Made by a program: the position numbers and the translations under genes. From contig JAHCIV010000002.1 of assembly GCA_026129065.1 (NCBI GenBank), positions 1 to 64,000 on the forward strand: a stretch of DNA of 64,000 nucleotides, written 5' to 3'. Positions within the stretch are counted from its first letter, which is position 1, and every line of letters starts with the position of its first letter. The notes under the pieces were generated by a model. It was not told the origin of the DNA. It saw nothing but the letters and a program-made list of their open reading frames with translations, and ran no database searches. The stretch comes from Deltaproteobacteria bacterium (GTDB lineage Bacteria; Myxococcota_A; Polyangia; Haliangiales; Haliangiaceae). Below, one piece after another: positions 1 to 10,020 of this stretch.

Positions 1-485
1 GCGCGCAGGTGGATCGACCGCAGCGCACCGCCCGGCGTGCGCCACCCGGGCGGGCGCACGGCGGGCCGAGGCGGTCGCCAGCGCGCCACGACCGCGATCA
101 CGAGCGTTTCGGCGCCGACGATCGCCAGGCCCAGGGGGCCCTCGCCGATCGCCCACAGCGCGAGCCACGGCAGCTGGAGCGCGATCAGCGCCGCCGCTCC
201 CAGGGCGAGCGGGGCGACCTCGGGGTGCGGCAGCGAGCGCAGGTAGGCGGCCGCGTCGCCGCGCACGATCACGCGCGCCGCCGGCAGGAACACGAGCAGC
301 CACGTCACCGCGAGCACGGCGCCGACCGCCGGCTGGTGCAGCGCCAGCCCGGTCAGGTCGCGCGGGTGCATCGCGGTCGGGCCGAACAGCACCCCTCCGA
401 CGATGCCCGTCCCGACCCACACGGCGATCGCGCGCCGGAGCGCCGCCCCGACCACCGCGCGATTCCATGCTGCGAGCCACGTCAT
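1..485 (-). CDS. Integral membrane protein, 5' part only (the gene continues past the window start). Hydrophobic segments AVVGAALRRAIAVWVGTGIVGGVLF and LAVTWLLVFLPAA.
   Basis: ATG is the reverse complement of cat at 483-485 (MTWLAAWN...). The minus-strand frame stays open to position 1, with GC3-rich codons and helical hydrophobic stretches. It is not in the ORF track because it has no stop in the window. Confidence 0.45.
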   Translation of the reverse strand, partial: MTWLAAWNRAVVGAALRRAIAVWVGTGIVGGVLFGPTAMHPRDLTGLALHQPAVGAVLAVTWLLVFLPAARVIVRGDAAAYLRSLPHPEVAPLALGAAALIALQLPWLALWAIGEGPLGLAIVGAETLVIAVVARWRPPRPAVRPPGWRTPGGALRSIHLR

Positions 486-530
486 GCGCTTGATCCCCGT
501 CCCGGATCGGCCATAGATCTGCCCGCCGCC

Positions 531-1544
531 ATGCAATTCATCGACGAGGCCATCATCCACGTGAAGGCGGGAGACGGCGGGAACGGGTCCGCCGCGTTCC
601 GGCGCGAGGATGGTGTACCACGCGGCGGTCCGTCGGGCGGCGACGGCGGGAACGGCGGCAACGTCGTCGTCGTCGCCGACAACCACCTCGCGTCGCTGCT
701 CGACTTCAAGTACAAGCGCGCCTACAAGGCCGCGCGCGGCGAGGACGGCCGCAACAAGGACCAGTACGGCGCCGCCGGCGACGACCTCACGGTGAGGGTC
801 CCGATCGGCACCGTGATCTACGACCAGGACTCCGGCGAGCAGCTCGCCGACCTCGCCACCGACGCCGCGAGCTTCGTCCTCGTGCGCGGCGGCGTCGGCG
901 GCAAGGGCAACATCCACTTCAAGACGCCGTGGAACCAGGCGCCGCGCACCGCCGAGCCGGGCACTCCCGGCGAGGAGCGCCACGTCCGGCTCGAGCTCAA
1001 GCTCCTCGCCGACGTCGGCCTCCTCGGCTTCCCGAACGTCGGCAAGTCGACGTTCATCAGCGTCGTGTCGCGCGCGCGCCCGAAGATCGCCGACTACCCG
1101 TTCACGACGCTGGTGCCGAACCTCGGCGTCGTTCGCATGTCCGGCGAGCGCGACATGGTCATCGCCGACATCCCGGGCCTCATCGAGGGTGCCTCGGAGG
1201 GTGCAGGCCTGGGACACCAGTTCCTGCGCCACGTCGAGCGCTGCCGGGTCCTGCTCCACATCGTCGAAGGCACGTTCACGACGGGACCGGAGCGCTCGCC
1301 GCTGGGCGATTACGGCACGATCAACGCCGAGCTGAGGCACTACGCCCCAGGGCTCGCCGACAAGCCGCAGGTCGTCGTCCTCAACAAGTGCGACGCGCTC
1401 TCCGACGAGGAGGTCGCCGAACACCGGCGCGCGTTTGCCGCCGCCGGTGTGGAGCTGCTCACGATGTCGGCCGCGACGCGCGACGGAATCGAGGCCGTGC
1501 TTGAACGTCTGTGGGTTCACCTGCAACGATCCTCGGGTTCGTGA
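531..1544 (+). CDS. obg: Obg/CgtA family GTPase
   Basis: Internal ATG at 531 (MQFIDEAIIHVKAGDGGNG...) in the 9..1544 frame. Glycine-rich Obg fold (GDGGNGGNV), G1 GFPNVGKST, DIPGLIEGA and NKCD motifs. The upstream part of the track ORF is Arg-rich junk. Confidence 0.93.
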   Translation: MQFIDEAIIHVKAGDGGNGSAAFRREDGVPRGGPSGGDGGNGGNVVVVADNHLASLLDFKYKRAYKAARGEDGRNKDQYGAAGDDLTVRVPIGTVIYDQDSGEQLADLATDAASFVLVRGGVGGKGNIHFKTPWNQAPRTAEPGTPGEERHVRLELKLLADVGLLGFPNVGKSTFISVVSRARPKIADYPFTTLVPNLGVVRMSGERDMVIADIPGLIEGASEGAGLGHQFLRHVERCRVLLHIVEGTFTTGPERSPLGDYGTINAELRHYAPGLADKPQVVVLNKCDALSDEEVAEHRRAFAAAGVELLTMSAATRDGIEAVLERLWVHLQRSSGS

Positions 1545-1617
1545 GGTGACCGCAATCCGCGGGAGCTTCCTTGATGGCCCCCAGGTGCAGTGTTACAACC
1601 GCAGAACCACAGGAAAT

Positions 1618-1669
1618 TGCGTCGCTCGCCGTCACGCGACGCCGGCATGAGGGACTGGCCGTAGCGGCC
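1618..1669 (+). other. Two GC-rich stem-loops in the obg 3' region (gcgtcgc-N10-gcgacgc and ctggccg-tag-cggccag); no U-tract
   Basis: Perfect 7-bp inverted repeats read directly from the sequence. Could be a U-less terminator or stability element. Very tentative. Confidence 0.2.
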
Positions 1670-1685
1670 AGCTGGAGATCAAGGC

Positions 1686-2453
1686 ATGCGAGCTTCGTCG
1701 ACTGTCGTCATCGTGCTGTGTTCGGTGCTCGGACCGGTCGCCCTCGCGACGGCGGCACCGGATCCGAAGACGGATCCGAAGGCGACGCCACCCGCACCGA
1801 CGCCGGCGCCGCCGCCCGCGCCGACGCCGAGCCCGCAGCCCGATCCGTCGACGGTGCCGCCCGGTGACATGCCGACGCCGGTGCGCATGCGCCGCCTCGA
1901 GCAGCGCACGCAGGCGCTGAAGGAGCGCGCGTGGCAGCTGAAGGCGCGCGTGCAGATGCTGAAGGAGCAGATGCTCGGCGGCGGCGTCGGCGCGCAGACG
2001 CTGATCGCGCACGCGAACGAGATGGGCAGCTCGTTCCGCCTGATCAAGCTGATCTACAACCTCGACGGCACGCAGGTGTTCGTCCGCACCGACGAGTCCG
2101 GCGAGAGCCTGTTCAAGGCGAAGAGCTTCGACATCTTCTCGGGCCCGATCGCTCCCGGCAACCACACGATCACCGCCGTCGCCACGTACCGCGGCCATGG
2201 CTACGGCGTGTTCGAGTACCTGTCGAAGTACACGTTCACCGCGAAGGGCGCGCAGGCGTTCACCGCCGGTGAGGGCAAGATCGCGAAGGTCGACTGCAAG
2301 GGCTTCGAGAAGGGCGGCCCGACGACGCCGCTCGAGAAGCGCCCCGCCGTCGAGTGCAAGGTCCTCCAGGTCACGCCGGAGAAGCCGGCGGACAAGCCGG
2401 CGACGGCCCCGACGCCCGCGCCCACGCCCGCCGCGACCGAGCCGGGGAAGTGA
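1686..2453 (+). CDS. Secreted protein with a signal peptide, a Pro-rich linker (PAPTPAPPPAPTPSP), a short coiled coil and a C-terminal beta-rich domain. First gene of the Glt/Nfs-like envelope cluster.
   Basis: ORF track. N-terminal MRASSTVVIVLCSVLGPVALATA signal. GC3-rich. Located 3 bp upstream of the next gene. Confidence 0.6.
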   Translation: MRASSTVVIVLCSVLGPVALATAAPDPKTDPKATPPAPTPAPPPAPTPSPQPDPSTVPPGDMPTPVRMRRLEQRTQALKERAWQLKARVQMLKEQMLGGGVGAQTLIAHANEMGSSFRLIKLIYNLDGTQVFVRTDESGESLFKAKSFDIFSGPIAPGNHTITAVATYRGHGYGVFEYLSKYTFTAKGAQAFTAGEGKIAKVDCKGFEKGGPTTPLEKRPAVECKVLQVTPEKPADKPATAPTPAPTPAATEPGK

Positions 2454-2456
2454 GCC

Positions 2457-4967
2457 ATGGGCCGCTTCCGAAGCCTCACACTCCTCTTGTGCCTGCTGGT
2501 ACCCGCGACCGCGGGCGCTGACGACCTCGACAAGCGGCTCGCCGCCTACGAGGCCGAGGCGCGCCAGCTCGGCACCGATCTCCCGCAGCCGAACGCGCAG
2601 ACGCCGACGCAGGGCCAGCGCAAGCTCGTCGACGCCGAGGTCGCGTACTCGCTCGGCGACTACGACACGGCGGCGCTGATGCTGTTCGATCTGGCGAGCA
2701 AGCCCGGTCCCGACCAGGAGGTCGCGACGTACTACCTCGGCGAGTCGCTGTTCCAGAAGGGCGACCGCGGCGCCGCGCGCGGCTACTACGACCAGGTCGT
2801 CGCGAAGAACAACGTCGCGAGCAAGTACTACCAGCCGTCGCTGCTGCGGCTCGTCGAGATCTCGATCGCGCAGAACGACACCACCGGCGTCGAGCCGTAC
2901 CTCACGGCGCTCGATCGCCTGTCGCCCGGCCTGCGCCTGCCGCTGGTCCCCTACGTGCGCGGCAAGTTCGCGTTCACGCAGGGCAAGCTCGACGAGGCGC
3001 TCGCGTACCTCCAGGACGTCCCCAAGGGCAGCTCGCACGAGCTCCAGGCCGCCTACTACACCGCGACGGCGCACGTCGCGAAGAAGGACCTCAACCGGGC
3101 GACCGACATCTTCACGGACCTCATCAACCGAAAGCCCAGGACGGCGAACGATCGCCGCGTGATCGAGCTGTCGCAGCTCGCGCTCGGCCGCCTGTACTAC
3201 GAGCGCGATCAGCCGTCGAAGTCGATCGACTCGTACCTGCTCGTCGACCGGCGCAGCGACCTGTTCCCGGACGCGCTGTACGAGGTCGCGTGGGTCTACG
3301 TGAAGAGCAAGCAGTTCGACAAGGCGCTGCGCGCGCTCGAGCTGCTGCACCTGTCGGCGCCGCAGTCGACGAAGACGCCGACGGTGCGCATCCTCGAGGG
3401 CAACCTGCGCGTGCGCAAGGCCCAGATGATCCGCCAGGCGCAGATCACCGGCACGCTCGACGCGACGAAGGACGACCCGCAGTCGCAGTACGACAAGGCC
3501 AAGGCGGTGTTCGCCGAGACGCACGACGCGTACTTCCCGTCGTACGAGGCGCTCCGCCAGATGGCGGAGTCGACGGGCGATCCGGCGCAGTACCTCGCGC
3601 AGATCGCGGGGCGCTCGTCGACGGTGTTCCAGGCGACGGCGCCGATCCCCGAGGCCGCGGCGCAGTACCTGCGCGACGAGCCCGAGGTGCAGCGCGTGGT
3701 CTCCGTCGAGACCGACCTCAACACGATCGAGCACAACATCACCGACGCGGAGAACACGATCGCGCGGCTCGAGGCGGTGCTCGGCGCGAACGACCGCACC
3801 GCCGTGTATCCGGCGCTGCAGGGCCGGCGCGCGCGCATGGGGCAGATCCAGGACGACCTGATCAAGATCCGCTCCGAGCTCGCCGATCAGCAGCTTCGGC
3901 TCGTCGACAGCCCGGCCGAGCTCGCGTCGCTGACGTCGAACCGCAAGGCCCTCGCGGCGCCGTACCTCGCGATGCCGAACGCCGAGCAGGCGTACGCTGA
4001 TCGCCTCGCGCAGACGCGCACGCAGTACGACGGGATCGACCAGGGCGCGGCCGACATCGACGCGCTCATCGACTCGACGCAGGCCGTGTCCGTCGCGCTG
4101 CGCAAGTACATGGTCGACGCCGGGTCCGCCGGCGGGCAACCGATCCCGGCCGATCAGAAGGGCACGATCACCGAGACGCTCGACCAGGTCGCGAAGGAAG
4201 CGCAGGCGATCGAGGCGGAGCTCGCGGACATCCACCGCGAGGTCCAGCTCGGGCGCGACCTCGCCGGCGTCGGCGACGACGGCCTGGCGAAGGCGCGCGG
4301 GGCGCGCAAGGCGATGAAGGCCGCGCTCGACGCCGAGCACAGGGCGCTCGCGGGGCCGGCGGCATCGGCGCGCGACAGGGCGGCGGCGCAGAAGCTCGCG
4401 GCGCTCGGCGACCGCGCGGCGCGCATCGCCGACAACCTCGCGCAGACCGACGCGCAGATCGACGGCATCGTCGACCGCGGCTTCGAGCAGGTGCGCGGCG
4501 CGATCGCGCAGGAGCGCGGGAACCTCGCCGGCTACAAGGACGAGCTCGCCGCGTACAACGCGGAGTCGCGCTCGATCGGCGGCACCGTCCTCGGCGGCAG
4601 CTTCAAGGAAGTGAAGGCGAAGTTCTACGACATCGTCATCCGCACCGACGTCGGCCTCGTCGACGTGAGCTGGTCGCAGAAGGAAGACAACGACGACGAC
4701 TTCAAGCGGCTGAACCTGTCGCGCACGCGCGACCTGAAGCAGCTGAAGGACGAGTTCCGCGACGTCCTCGAGCCGCCGAACAAGACGGCACCGAAGAAGC
4801 AGGACTCGCTCGTGCCGCCGCAGGAGGGTCCCGCCGGCGGCAGCCCCGACAAGGGCGCCACCGACACGCGCGTGAAGCCCGGCGGCGACCAGGGCGTCGG
4901 ACCGGCGGCGCCGGTCGTGAGGCCCGGCGACACGCAACCTCCCGCACCGCCGAAGGGAGGCCGCTGA
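2457..4967 (+). CDS. Periplasmic TPR protein (836 aa) with a long coiled-coil region and a Pro-rich C-terminal tail (GltC/AgmK-like?)
   Basis: Signal peptide MGRFRSLTLLLCLLVPATAGADD. N-terminal YxxAxxxY-type TPR motifs, then heptad-rich coiled coil. The stop overlaps the next start (TGATG). Confidence 0.75.
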   Translation: MGRFRSLTLLLCLLVPATAGADDLDKRLAAYEAEARQLGTDLPQPNAQTPTQGQRKLVDAEVAYSLGDYDTAALMLFDLASKPGPDQEVATYYLGESLFQKGDRGAARGYYDQVVAKNNVASKYYQPSLLRLVEISIAQNDTTGVEPYLTALDRLSPGLRLPLVPYVRGKFAFTQGKLDEALAYLQDVPKGSSHELQAAYYTATAHVAKKDLNRATDIFTDLINRKPRTANDRRVIELSQLALGRLYYERDQPSKSIDSYLLVDRRSDLFPDALYEVAWVYVKSKQFDKALRALELLHLSAPQSTKTPTVRILEGNLRVRKAQMIRQAQITGTLDATKDDPQSQYDKAKAVFAETHDAYFPSYEALRQMAESTGDPAQYLAQIAGRSSTVFQATAPIPEAAAQYLRDEPEVQRVVSVETDLNTIEHNITDAENTIARLEAVLGANDRTAVYPALQGRRARMGQIQDDLIKIRSELADQQLRLVDSPAELASLTSNRKALAAPYLAMPNAEQAYADRLAQTRTQYDGIDQGAADIDALIDSTQAVSVALRKYMVDAGSAGGQPIPADQKGTITETLDQVAKEAQAIEAELADIHREVQLGRDLAGVGDDGLAKARGARKAMKAALDAEHRALAGPAASARDRAAAQKLAALGDRAARIADNLAQTDAQIDGIVDRGFEQVRGAIAQERGNLAGYKDELAAYNAESRSIGGTVLGGSFKEVKAKFYDIVIRTDVGLVDVSWSQKEDNDDDFKRLNLSRTRDLKQLKDEFRDVLEPPNKTAPKKQDSLVPPQEGPAGGSPDKGATDTRVKPGGDQGVGPAAPVVRPGDTQPPAPPKGGR

Positions 4968-7900
4968 TGCGCCTCGCGAAGCTAGCCGCGCTCACGGCGC
5001 TCCTCCTCGGCGGCGGCCTCGCGCTCGCCCAGCCTCCGGGCGGTACGCAGCCGCCGGCGCGGCCGCTCCCCGGCACGACGGGCCCCGGCTCGGGTCCGGG
5101 CCTCGGGGCGCCGGCGCAGCCGACCCGGCGCGTCGACACGCGTCCCCTCGTCCTCACCGACAAGGAGATGAAGGAGCTCGAGGACCTCGAGAAGGACCAC
5201 GACCGCTTCAGCGCGGCGGCGGCGGAGCACGACAAGCGCATGCGCACGATCGCGAAGCGCGAGTACGACACGCGCGTCGCCGAGCTCCAGAAGCGCTACG
5301 CCGATCGGATCGCGAAGACGGTCGCCGAGAAGGGCAAGCGCCACGGCGACACGATCGCGATCCTCGAGAAGTTCCTCGCCGATCACCCCGCGCACGAGCA
5401 GTTCACGCCGGACGCGATGTTCCGCCTCGCCGACCTGTACCTCGACCGCGCCGAGGACGAGGTCGAGGCGCGCCTCGCGGCGCTCGATGCGCTGCCGCAG
5501 GGCGGCCCGATCCCGCCGCCGGATCCCGCGTCGATCGTCGCCGACTACACGCCGGCGCGCGACATGTGGGAACAGATCCTGACGAAGTTCCCGTCGTACC
5601 GGCAGACGCCGTCGACGCTGTACCTGTTCGCGTACTACACGAAGTACAAGGACGAGCGGAAGGCGCTCACCGCGTTCCTCGCGCTGGCGTGCTCGAACCG
5701 CTTCAAGTGGAACGACAAGCCGATCAAGGTGCCGGAGCGCGCCGAGGCCTTGAAGCGCGCCGAGCTGAAGACGGTGCGCGATCCGTACGGCGACTGCGAG
5801 GCGTACCCGGGCTCCGACACCGAGCTCATCCGCCACGCGTGGGTGCGCGGCGTCGCCGACCACCACTTCGCGATCCCCGGCGAGCTCGACGAGGCGATCA
5901 CCTCGTACAAGAAGGTCGCCGACAAGGGGACGGACTCGAAGCTGTACGCCGAGGCGCTCTACAAGCTCGCGTGGTCGTTCTACAAGCGCGACTTCCTGAA
6001 GGACGCGATCGAGCACTTCGACAGGAGCGTGAAGCTCTACGACTCGATCGTCGCGACCGGTGCGCAGCCGACGCTCGAGCTGCGCGACGAGTCGATCCAG
6101 TACATCTCGGTCGCGTTCACCGACCCGTGGCCGGGCGAGACGAACACGAACCCCGCGAACGCGCTCGCGCGCACGAAGGACTTCTACCGCGGCCGCGAGA
6201 ACGAGCCGCACGTGCGCGACATCTGGGTCGCGATGGGCAAGGCGTTCGCCGACATCCAGGCGTGGGACGAGAGCATCGCGTCCTACCGGATCGCGATCGG
6301 CCCGCCGTGGGAGCTGAACCCGAAGAACCCGATGGTCCACCAGGAGATCGTCAACATCTTCGAGGCCAAGGGCGACAAGATGGCGGCGGACTCGACGGCC
6401 GCGGAGCTCGCGACGAAGTACGCGCCGGGGACGGCGTGGTACGCGGCGAACGAGAAGGACCGCGAGGCGATGGACAACCAGCGCCGCATCGCGGAGCGCG
6501 CGCTGTACGCGGCCGCGCGCAACACCCACTCCGCGGCGACGACGATGCGCAAGGAGTGGGAGGCGAGCAAGGGCAAGCTCGGCACCCGGGAGGAGTGGCT
6601 CGCGCTCTACAACAAGGCCGTCGAGCTGTACCGCGTGTTCATCTCGACGTACCCGCAGTCGGACTACGTCTACGAGTTCAACTACAACACCGCCGAGGCG
6701 CTGTTCTACAGCGAGCGCTACCTCGAGGCCGTCGACTCGTACAAGTGGGTCCGCGACCACCGCGACATCAGCCAGCAGTTCTACATCGACGCCGCGCGCA
6801 GCGTCGTGCTCGCGTACGAGGCCGAGGCGGCGCGCCAGGTCGCTGCGGGTCGGCTCGTCGCGCTGAGGATCCCGACGATCGAGGAGATGAAGAAGCTGCC
6901 GCAGCCGTTCGCGCCGCAGCCGATCCCGGACATCTACCTGAAGATGCAGGCCGAGTACGACACCTTCCAGGAGAAGGTCAACGACCCGGCCGAGGCGCCG
7001 AAGCAGGGCACGAACGCGGCGATGATCTCGCTGGCGTACCTCCACATCGACGACGCGATCGCGCGCTTCACGAAGGTGATGGACAAGTTCTGCGGGCAGC
7101 CGTACGCGGTGAAGTCCAAGGACGGCATCCTCGCGATCTACGAGGCGCAGTCGAAGTTCGACGCGATCGAGGCGACGAACAAGAAGTTCATCACCGCGAA
7201 GTGCGGCGACGACAAGGCGATCAAGGACGCGATCGTGCAGAACCGATCGCTCAACTTCTCGCGCGCGAACCTCCTGTTCGCGAACAAGGAGTACAACAAG
7301 GCCGCCGAGGCCTTCTACACGTTCTACAAGACCGCGCCGGAGAAGGACACCGACCTGCCGGTCGCGCTCTACAACGCCGCGCTCAGCTACAAGTACGGCG
7401 ACCGCCCGAACAACGCGATCGCGCTGTTCAAGGAGTTCACCGACAAGAAGGACAAGCCGTTCCGCGAGAGCCCGTTCTACCTCGATGCGATGCGGCTCCA
7501 GGCGGCGAGCTACCAGGCGAAGTTCGACTACAACAACGCGGTCGCGACGTACCTCGAGCTGTACGCGACGACGAAGCGCTACAAGGCGCAGGGCCTGAAG
7601 GCGCCGCCGCCGCTGGAGGGCGAGGCGCCGCGCACGCTCGATCAGATCGGGCTCGACGCGCTGTTCAACGCGGCCGTCGCGTCCGAGCTCAACCGCGACT
7701 TCAAGAAGGCCGTCGAGCTGTACACGCAGTACCAGGGTGTCGAGCCCGACGTGCGGCGCAAGGACCGCGCGCACTGGTCGGTGATCGGCATCTACCGCCA
7801 GTCGGGCGACCTCAACTCGATGACCGAGTCGCAGATGTTCTGGCGCGCGCGGTACGGCAAGGACCCGCAGAACCAGGACGACTTCATCCAGACCTATTAC

Positions 7901-8521
7901 GACGAGGCCGCGCTGCGGAAGAAGAAGGGGCAGACGGCGCTCTCGAACCAGGCCGGCACCGAGGCGATCAACGCGTGGAAGAAGTTCGGCAAGCCGAAGA
8001 ACACGCGCGGCGCGAAGCTCGCCGGTGAGTGGGCCGTGTCGTTCGCCGAGGACAAGTACGCGCGCGACTGGGATCCGTTCGAGATCAAGGCGGCGGCGGC
8101 GACGATCCCGGCGTTCGAGGCGCAGGTGACCCAGCTGAAGACGGCGCGCGCGAAGATCGAGCAGGTCTACCTCGACCTCCTCGAGTACGGCGTGATCGAG
8201 TACTCGATGGCGGCGACCGTGCGGTTCGGCGACATCCAGTTCACGAACTCGCTGAAGACGTCGAACATGCCGCCGCCGTCGCTGCTCAACAAGCCGGGCA
8301 ACGAGGCGGCGCTCGAGAAGTTCCTCAACACGCGCGACGCGAACCTCCTGAAGTTCACCGAGGAGGCGAAGAAGCAGTGGCTCGACGTCCTCGACGTGGC
8401 GAAGAAGAACGGCATCTCGAACCGCTGGAGCCGCCTCGCGCTCGAGAACCTCGGCCGCGAGTTCCCGAAGGAGTTCACGGTGTTGCGCCAGGAGATCATC
8501 CAGGGCACGGACACGCCGTGA
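4967..8521 (+). CDS. Large periplasmic TPR-repeat protein (1184 aa), GltD/AgmU/NfsD-like
   Basis: Signal peptide MRLAKLAALTALLLGGGLALA. TPR-like helices throughout. Size and position (followed by a TPR lipoprotein, a roughly 100-aa secreted protein and GltG-like genes) match Myxococcus gltD-gltE-gltF-gltG. Confidence 0.75.
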   Translation: MRLAKLAALTALLLGGGLALAQPPGGTQPPARPLPGTTGPGSGPGLGAPAQPTRRVDTRPLVLTDKEMKELEDLEKDHDRFSAAAAEHDKRMRTIAKREYDTRVAELQKRYADRIAKTVAEKGKRHGDTIAILEKFLADHPAHEQFTPDAMFRLADLYLDRAEDEVEARLAALDALPQGGPIPPPDPASIVADYTPARDMWEQILTKFPSYRQTPSTLYLFAYYTKYKDERKALTAFLALACSNRFKWNDKPIKVPERAEALKRAELKTVRDPYGDCEAYPGSDTELIRHAWVRGVADHHFAIPGELDEAITSYKKVADKGTDSKLYAEALYKLAWSFYKRDFLKDAIEHFDRSVKLYDSIVATGAQPTLELRDESIQYISVAFTDPWPGETNTNPANALARTKDFYRGRENEPHVRDIWVAMGKAFADIQAWDESIASYRIAIGPPWELNPKNPMVHQEIVNIFEAKGDKMAADSTAAELATKYAPGTAWYAANEKDREAMDNQRRIAERALYAAARNTHSAATTMRKEWEASKGKLGTREEWLALYNKAVELYRVFISTYPQSDYVYEFNYNTAEALFYSERYLEAVDSYKWVRDHRDISQQFYIDAARSVVLAYEAEAARQVAAGRLVALRIPTIEEMKKLPQPFAPQPIPDIYLKMQAEYDTFQEKVNDPAEAPKQGTNAAMISLAYLHIDDAIARFTKVMDKFCGQPYAVKSKDGILAIYEAQSKFDAIEATNKKFITAKCGDDKAIKDAIVQNRSLNFSRANLLFANKEYNKAAEAFYTFYKTAPEKDTDLPVALYNAALSYKYGDRPNNAIALFKEFTDKKDKPFRESPFYLDAMRLQAASYQAKFDYNNAVATYLELYATTKRYKAQGLKAPPPLEGEAPRTLDQIGLDALFNAAVASELNRDFKKAVELYTQYQGVEPDVRRKDRAHWSVIGIYRQSGDLNSMTESQMFWRARYGKDPQNQDDFIQTYYDEAALRKKKGQTALSNQAGTEAINAWKKFGKPKNTRGAKLAGEWAVSFAEDKYARDWDPFEIKAAAATIPAFEAQVTQLKTARAKIEQVYLDLLEYGVIEYSMAATVRFGDIQFTNSLKTSNMPPPSLLNKPGNEAALEKFLNTRDANLLKFTEEAKKQWLDVLDVAKKNGISNRWSRLALENLGREFPKEFTVLRQEIIQGTDTP

Positions 8522-8534
8522 AGGGAGAGATCCG

Positions 8535-9665
8535 ATGACGACGTCGCTCGTTGGTAGGAACATGACCCGGCGTCTCGGGGCGCTCCTCCTGTGCTTCGCC
8601 GCGGCGTGCAGCGGCGGCAACAAGAAGGAGTCGACGACGCCCGGCGGGAAAGGGAGCGGCGACGACCCGTCGATGAAGGATGGGACCGTGCCGGGTGGGC
8701 CGCCGGGCGGCGATGGCCCGGTGAGCTCGGGCGGGACTTTTGGTGGGCCGGCGACTCCCGGTGGGCCGGCGACTCCCGGCGGGCCGGCGGGCGACCCCGA
8801 CGGCATCAACGGGCCGCCGGTCACGATGCCGAACCTCGACCGCGATCCGGCACAGGCCAAGGCCGAGGTCGACGCGCACCTGAAGCTCGCGAAGGCGGCG
8901 CTGTCGCAGCAGATCCCCGACGGCGAGCTCGCGCTCAAGGAGGCGCGGCTCGCGCTCGCGGCCGATGCGTCGAGCATCGATGCGGCGGCGATGATCGCGT
9001 TCGCCTACTACCACAAGAAGCTGTACGACACGGCCGAGCTCATCCTCGACGACCTGTTCAACGCGGCGAGCGAGCCGCGCAAGCGGGCGGCGAAGGCGAA
9101 CCCGTACTGCTTCTACGTGTACGGGCTCATCTACGACAAGACGAACCGGTTCGAGCAGGCGCAGCTCGCCTTCAAGTCCGCGGTCGAGCTCGACGGGAAC
9201 TTCGCGAGCGCGCTCGTGAACCACGGCATGTACCAGCTGCGGAACAGCCAGTACGCGGCGGCGCAGGCGACGTTCGAGAAGGTCACGAAGCAGCTCAACC
9301 GGATCGACGCGATCACCCTGACGTCGCTCGGCTCGGCGTACCGCGGCCGCTCGGCGGAGTTCCCGCAGAACAACCCCGAGCGCAACCAGTACATCCTCAA
9401 CGCGGCCGCGGCGTACGAGCGCGCGATCAACCAGAGCGGCGGCACGTACGCGCCGGCCGTCTACAACCTCGGGCTGCTCTACCTCGACACGGATCCGTAC
9501 CCGGGGATCGCCGACCCGGTCGCGCGCCTCAACAAGGCGAAGGACCAGTTCGATCGCTACCAGAAGATGGCGGGCTTCGACGCGAAGCTCTACGACGCGC
9601 GGATGAAGGACATCACGCGCGCGATGAAGAAGGCGCAGCAGAAGAAGCCGGGGAAGAACCCGTAG
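8535..9665 (+). CDS. TPR lipoprotein (GltE/AglT-like)
   Basis: Lipobox LLLCFAAAC|SGG, Gly/Pro-rich linker (GGPATPGGPATPGGPAG), then TPR motifs. The alternative start MTRRLG at 8562 gives a cleaner signal peptide. Confidence 0.7.
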   Translation: MTTSLVGRNMTRRLGALLLCFAAACSGGNKKESTTPGGKGSGDDPSMKDGTVPGGPPGGDGPVSSGGTFGGPATPGGPATPGGPAGDPDGINGPPVTMPNLDRDPAQAKAEVDAHLKLAKAALSQQIPDGELALKEARLALAADASSIDAAAMIAFAYYHKKLYDTAELILDDLFNAASEPRKRAAKANPYCFYVYGLIYDKTNRFEQAQLAFKSAVELDGNFASALVNHGMYQLRNSQYAAAQATFEKVTKQLNRIDAITLTSLGSAYRGRSAEFPQNNPERNQYILNAAAAYERAINQSGGTYAPAVYNLGLLYLDTDPYPGIADPVARLNKAKDQFDRYQKMAGFDAKLYDARMKDITRAMKKAQQKKPGKNP

Positions 9666-9717
9666 ATCGGCTGCCCGTGGAGCCGGCCTCCGTCCGAGTC
9701 ATACTGAGGAGACGATC

Positions 9718-10020
9718 ATGAAATCTCTCGCCCTGACCCTCGCGACCCTCGCGACCCTCGCCGCCACGGCCGGGATCGCGCGCGCCGAAGGTTGCCCCGA
9801 CGAGAACGACGGCGAGAAGAAGCAGGGCAAGTTCCACATCGAGTACGTCAACGGCAAGCCGGTGACGGTGATCGACACGGTCGTCTCGGTGTGCGGCAAG
9901 GTCCCGCGCCCGAGCGTGGCCTACGTCCTCACGCCGAAGAACATCGACTACGAGTGGGAGAGCCTGAAGCAGGACTTCATGCCGCTCATCCTGGCAACCG
10001 TGAAGAAAGCCCCCTTCTGA
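9718..10020 (+). CDS. Small secreted protein (100 aa), GltF/NfsF-like
   Basis: RBS gaggag 7 nt upstream. Signal peptide MKSLALTLATLATLAATAGIARA. TGATG overlap with the next gene. Confidence 0.6.
   Translation: MKSLALTLATLATLAATAGIARAEGCPDENDGEKKQGKFHIEYVNGKPVTVIDTVVSVCGKVPRPSVAYVLTPKNIDYEWESLKQDFMPLILATVKKAPF

Noticed and set aside
1632-4937. 1101-aa minus-strand ORF
   Set aside because: It is antisense to the TPR genes. The product is Arg/Leu/Val/Asp low-complexity with no signal or domains. It is a GC-rich antisense artefact.
4982-8977. 1331-aa minus-strand ORF and the 820-aa plus-strand ORF at 5566..8028
   Set aside because: They are antisense or alternative frames of the 1184-aa TPR gene. 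The compositions are Arg-, Gly- and Asp-rich junk. The real gene has a signal peptide and TPR periodicity.
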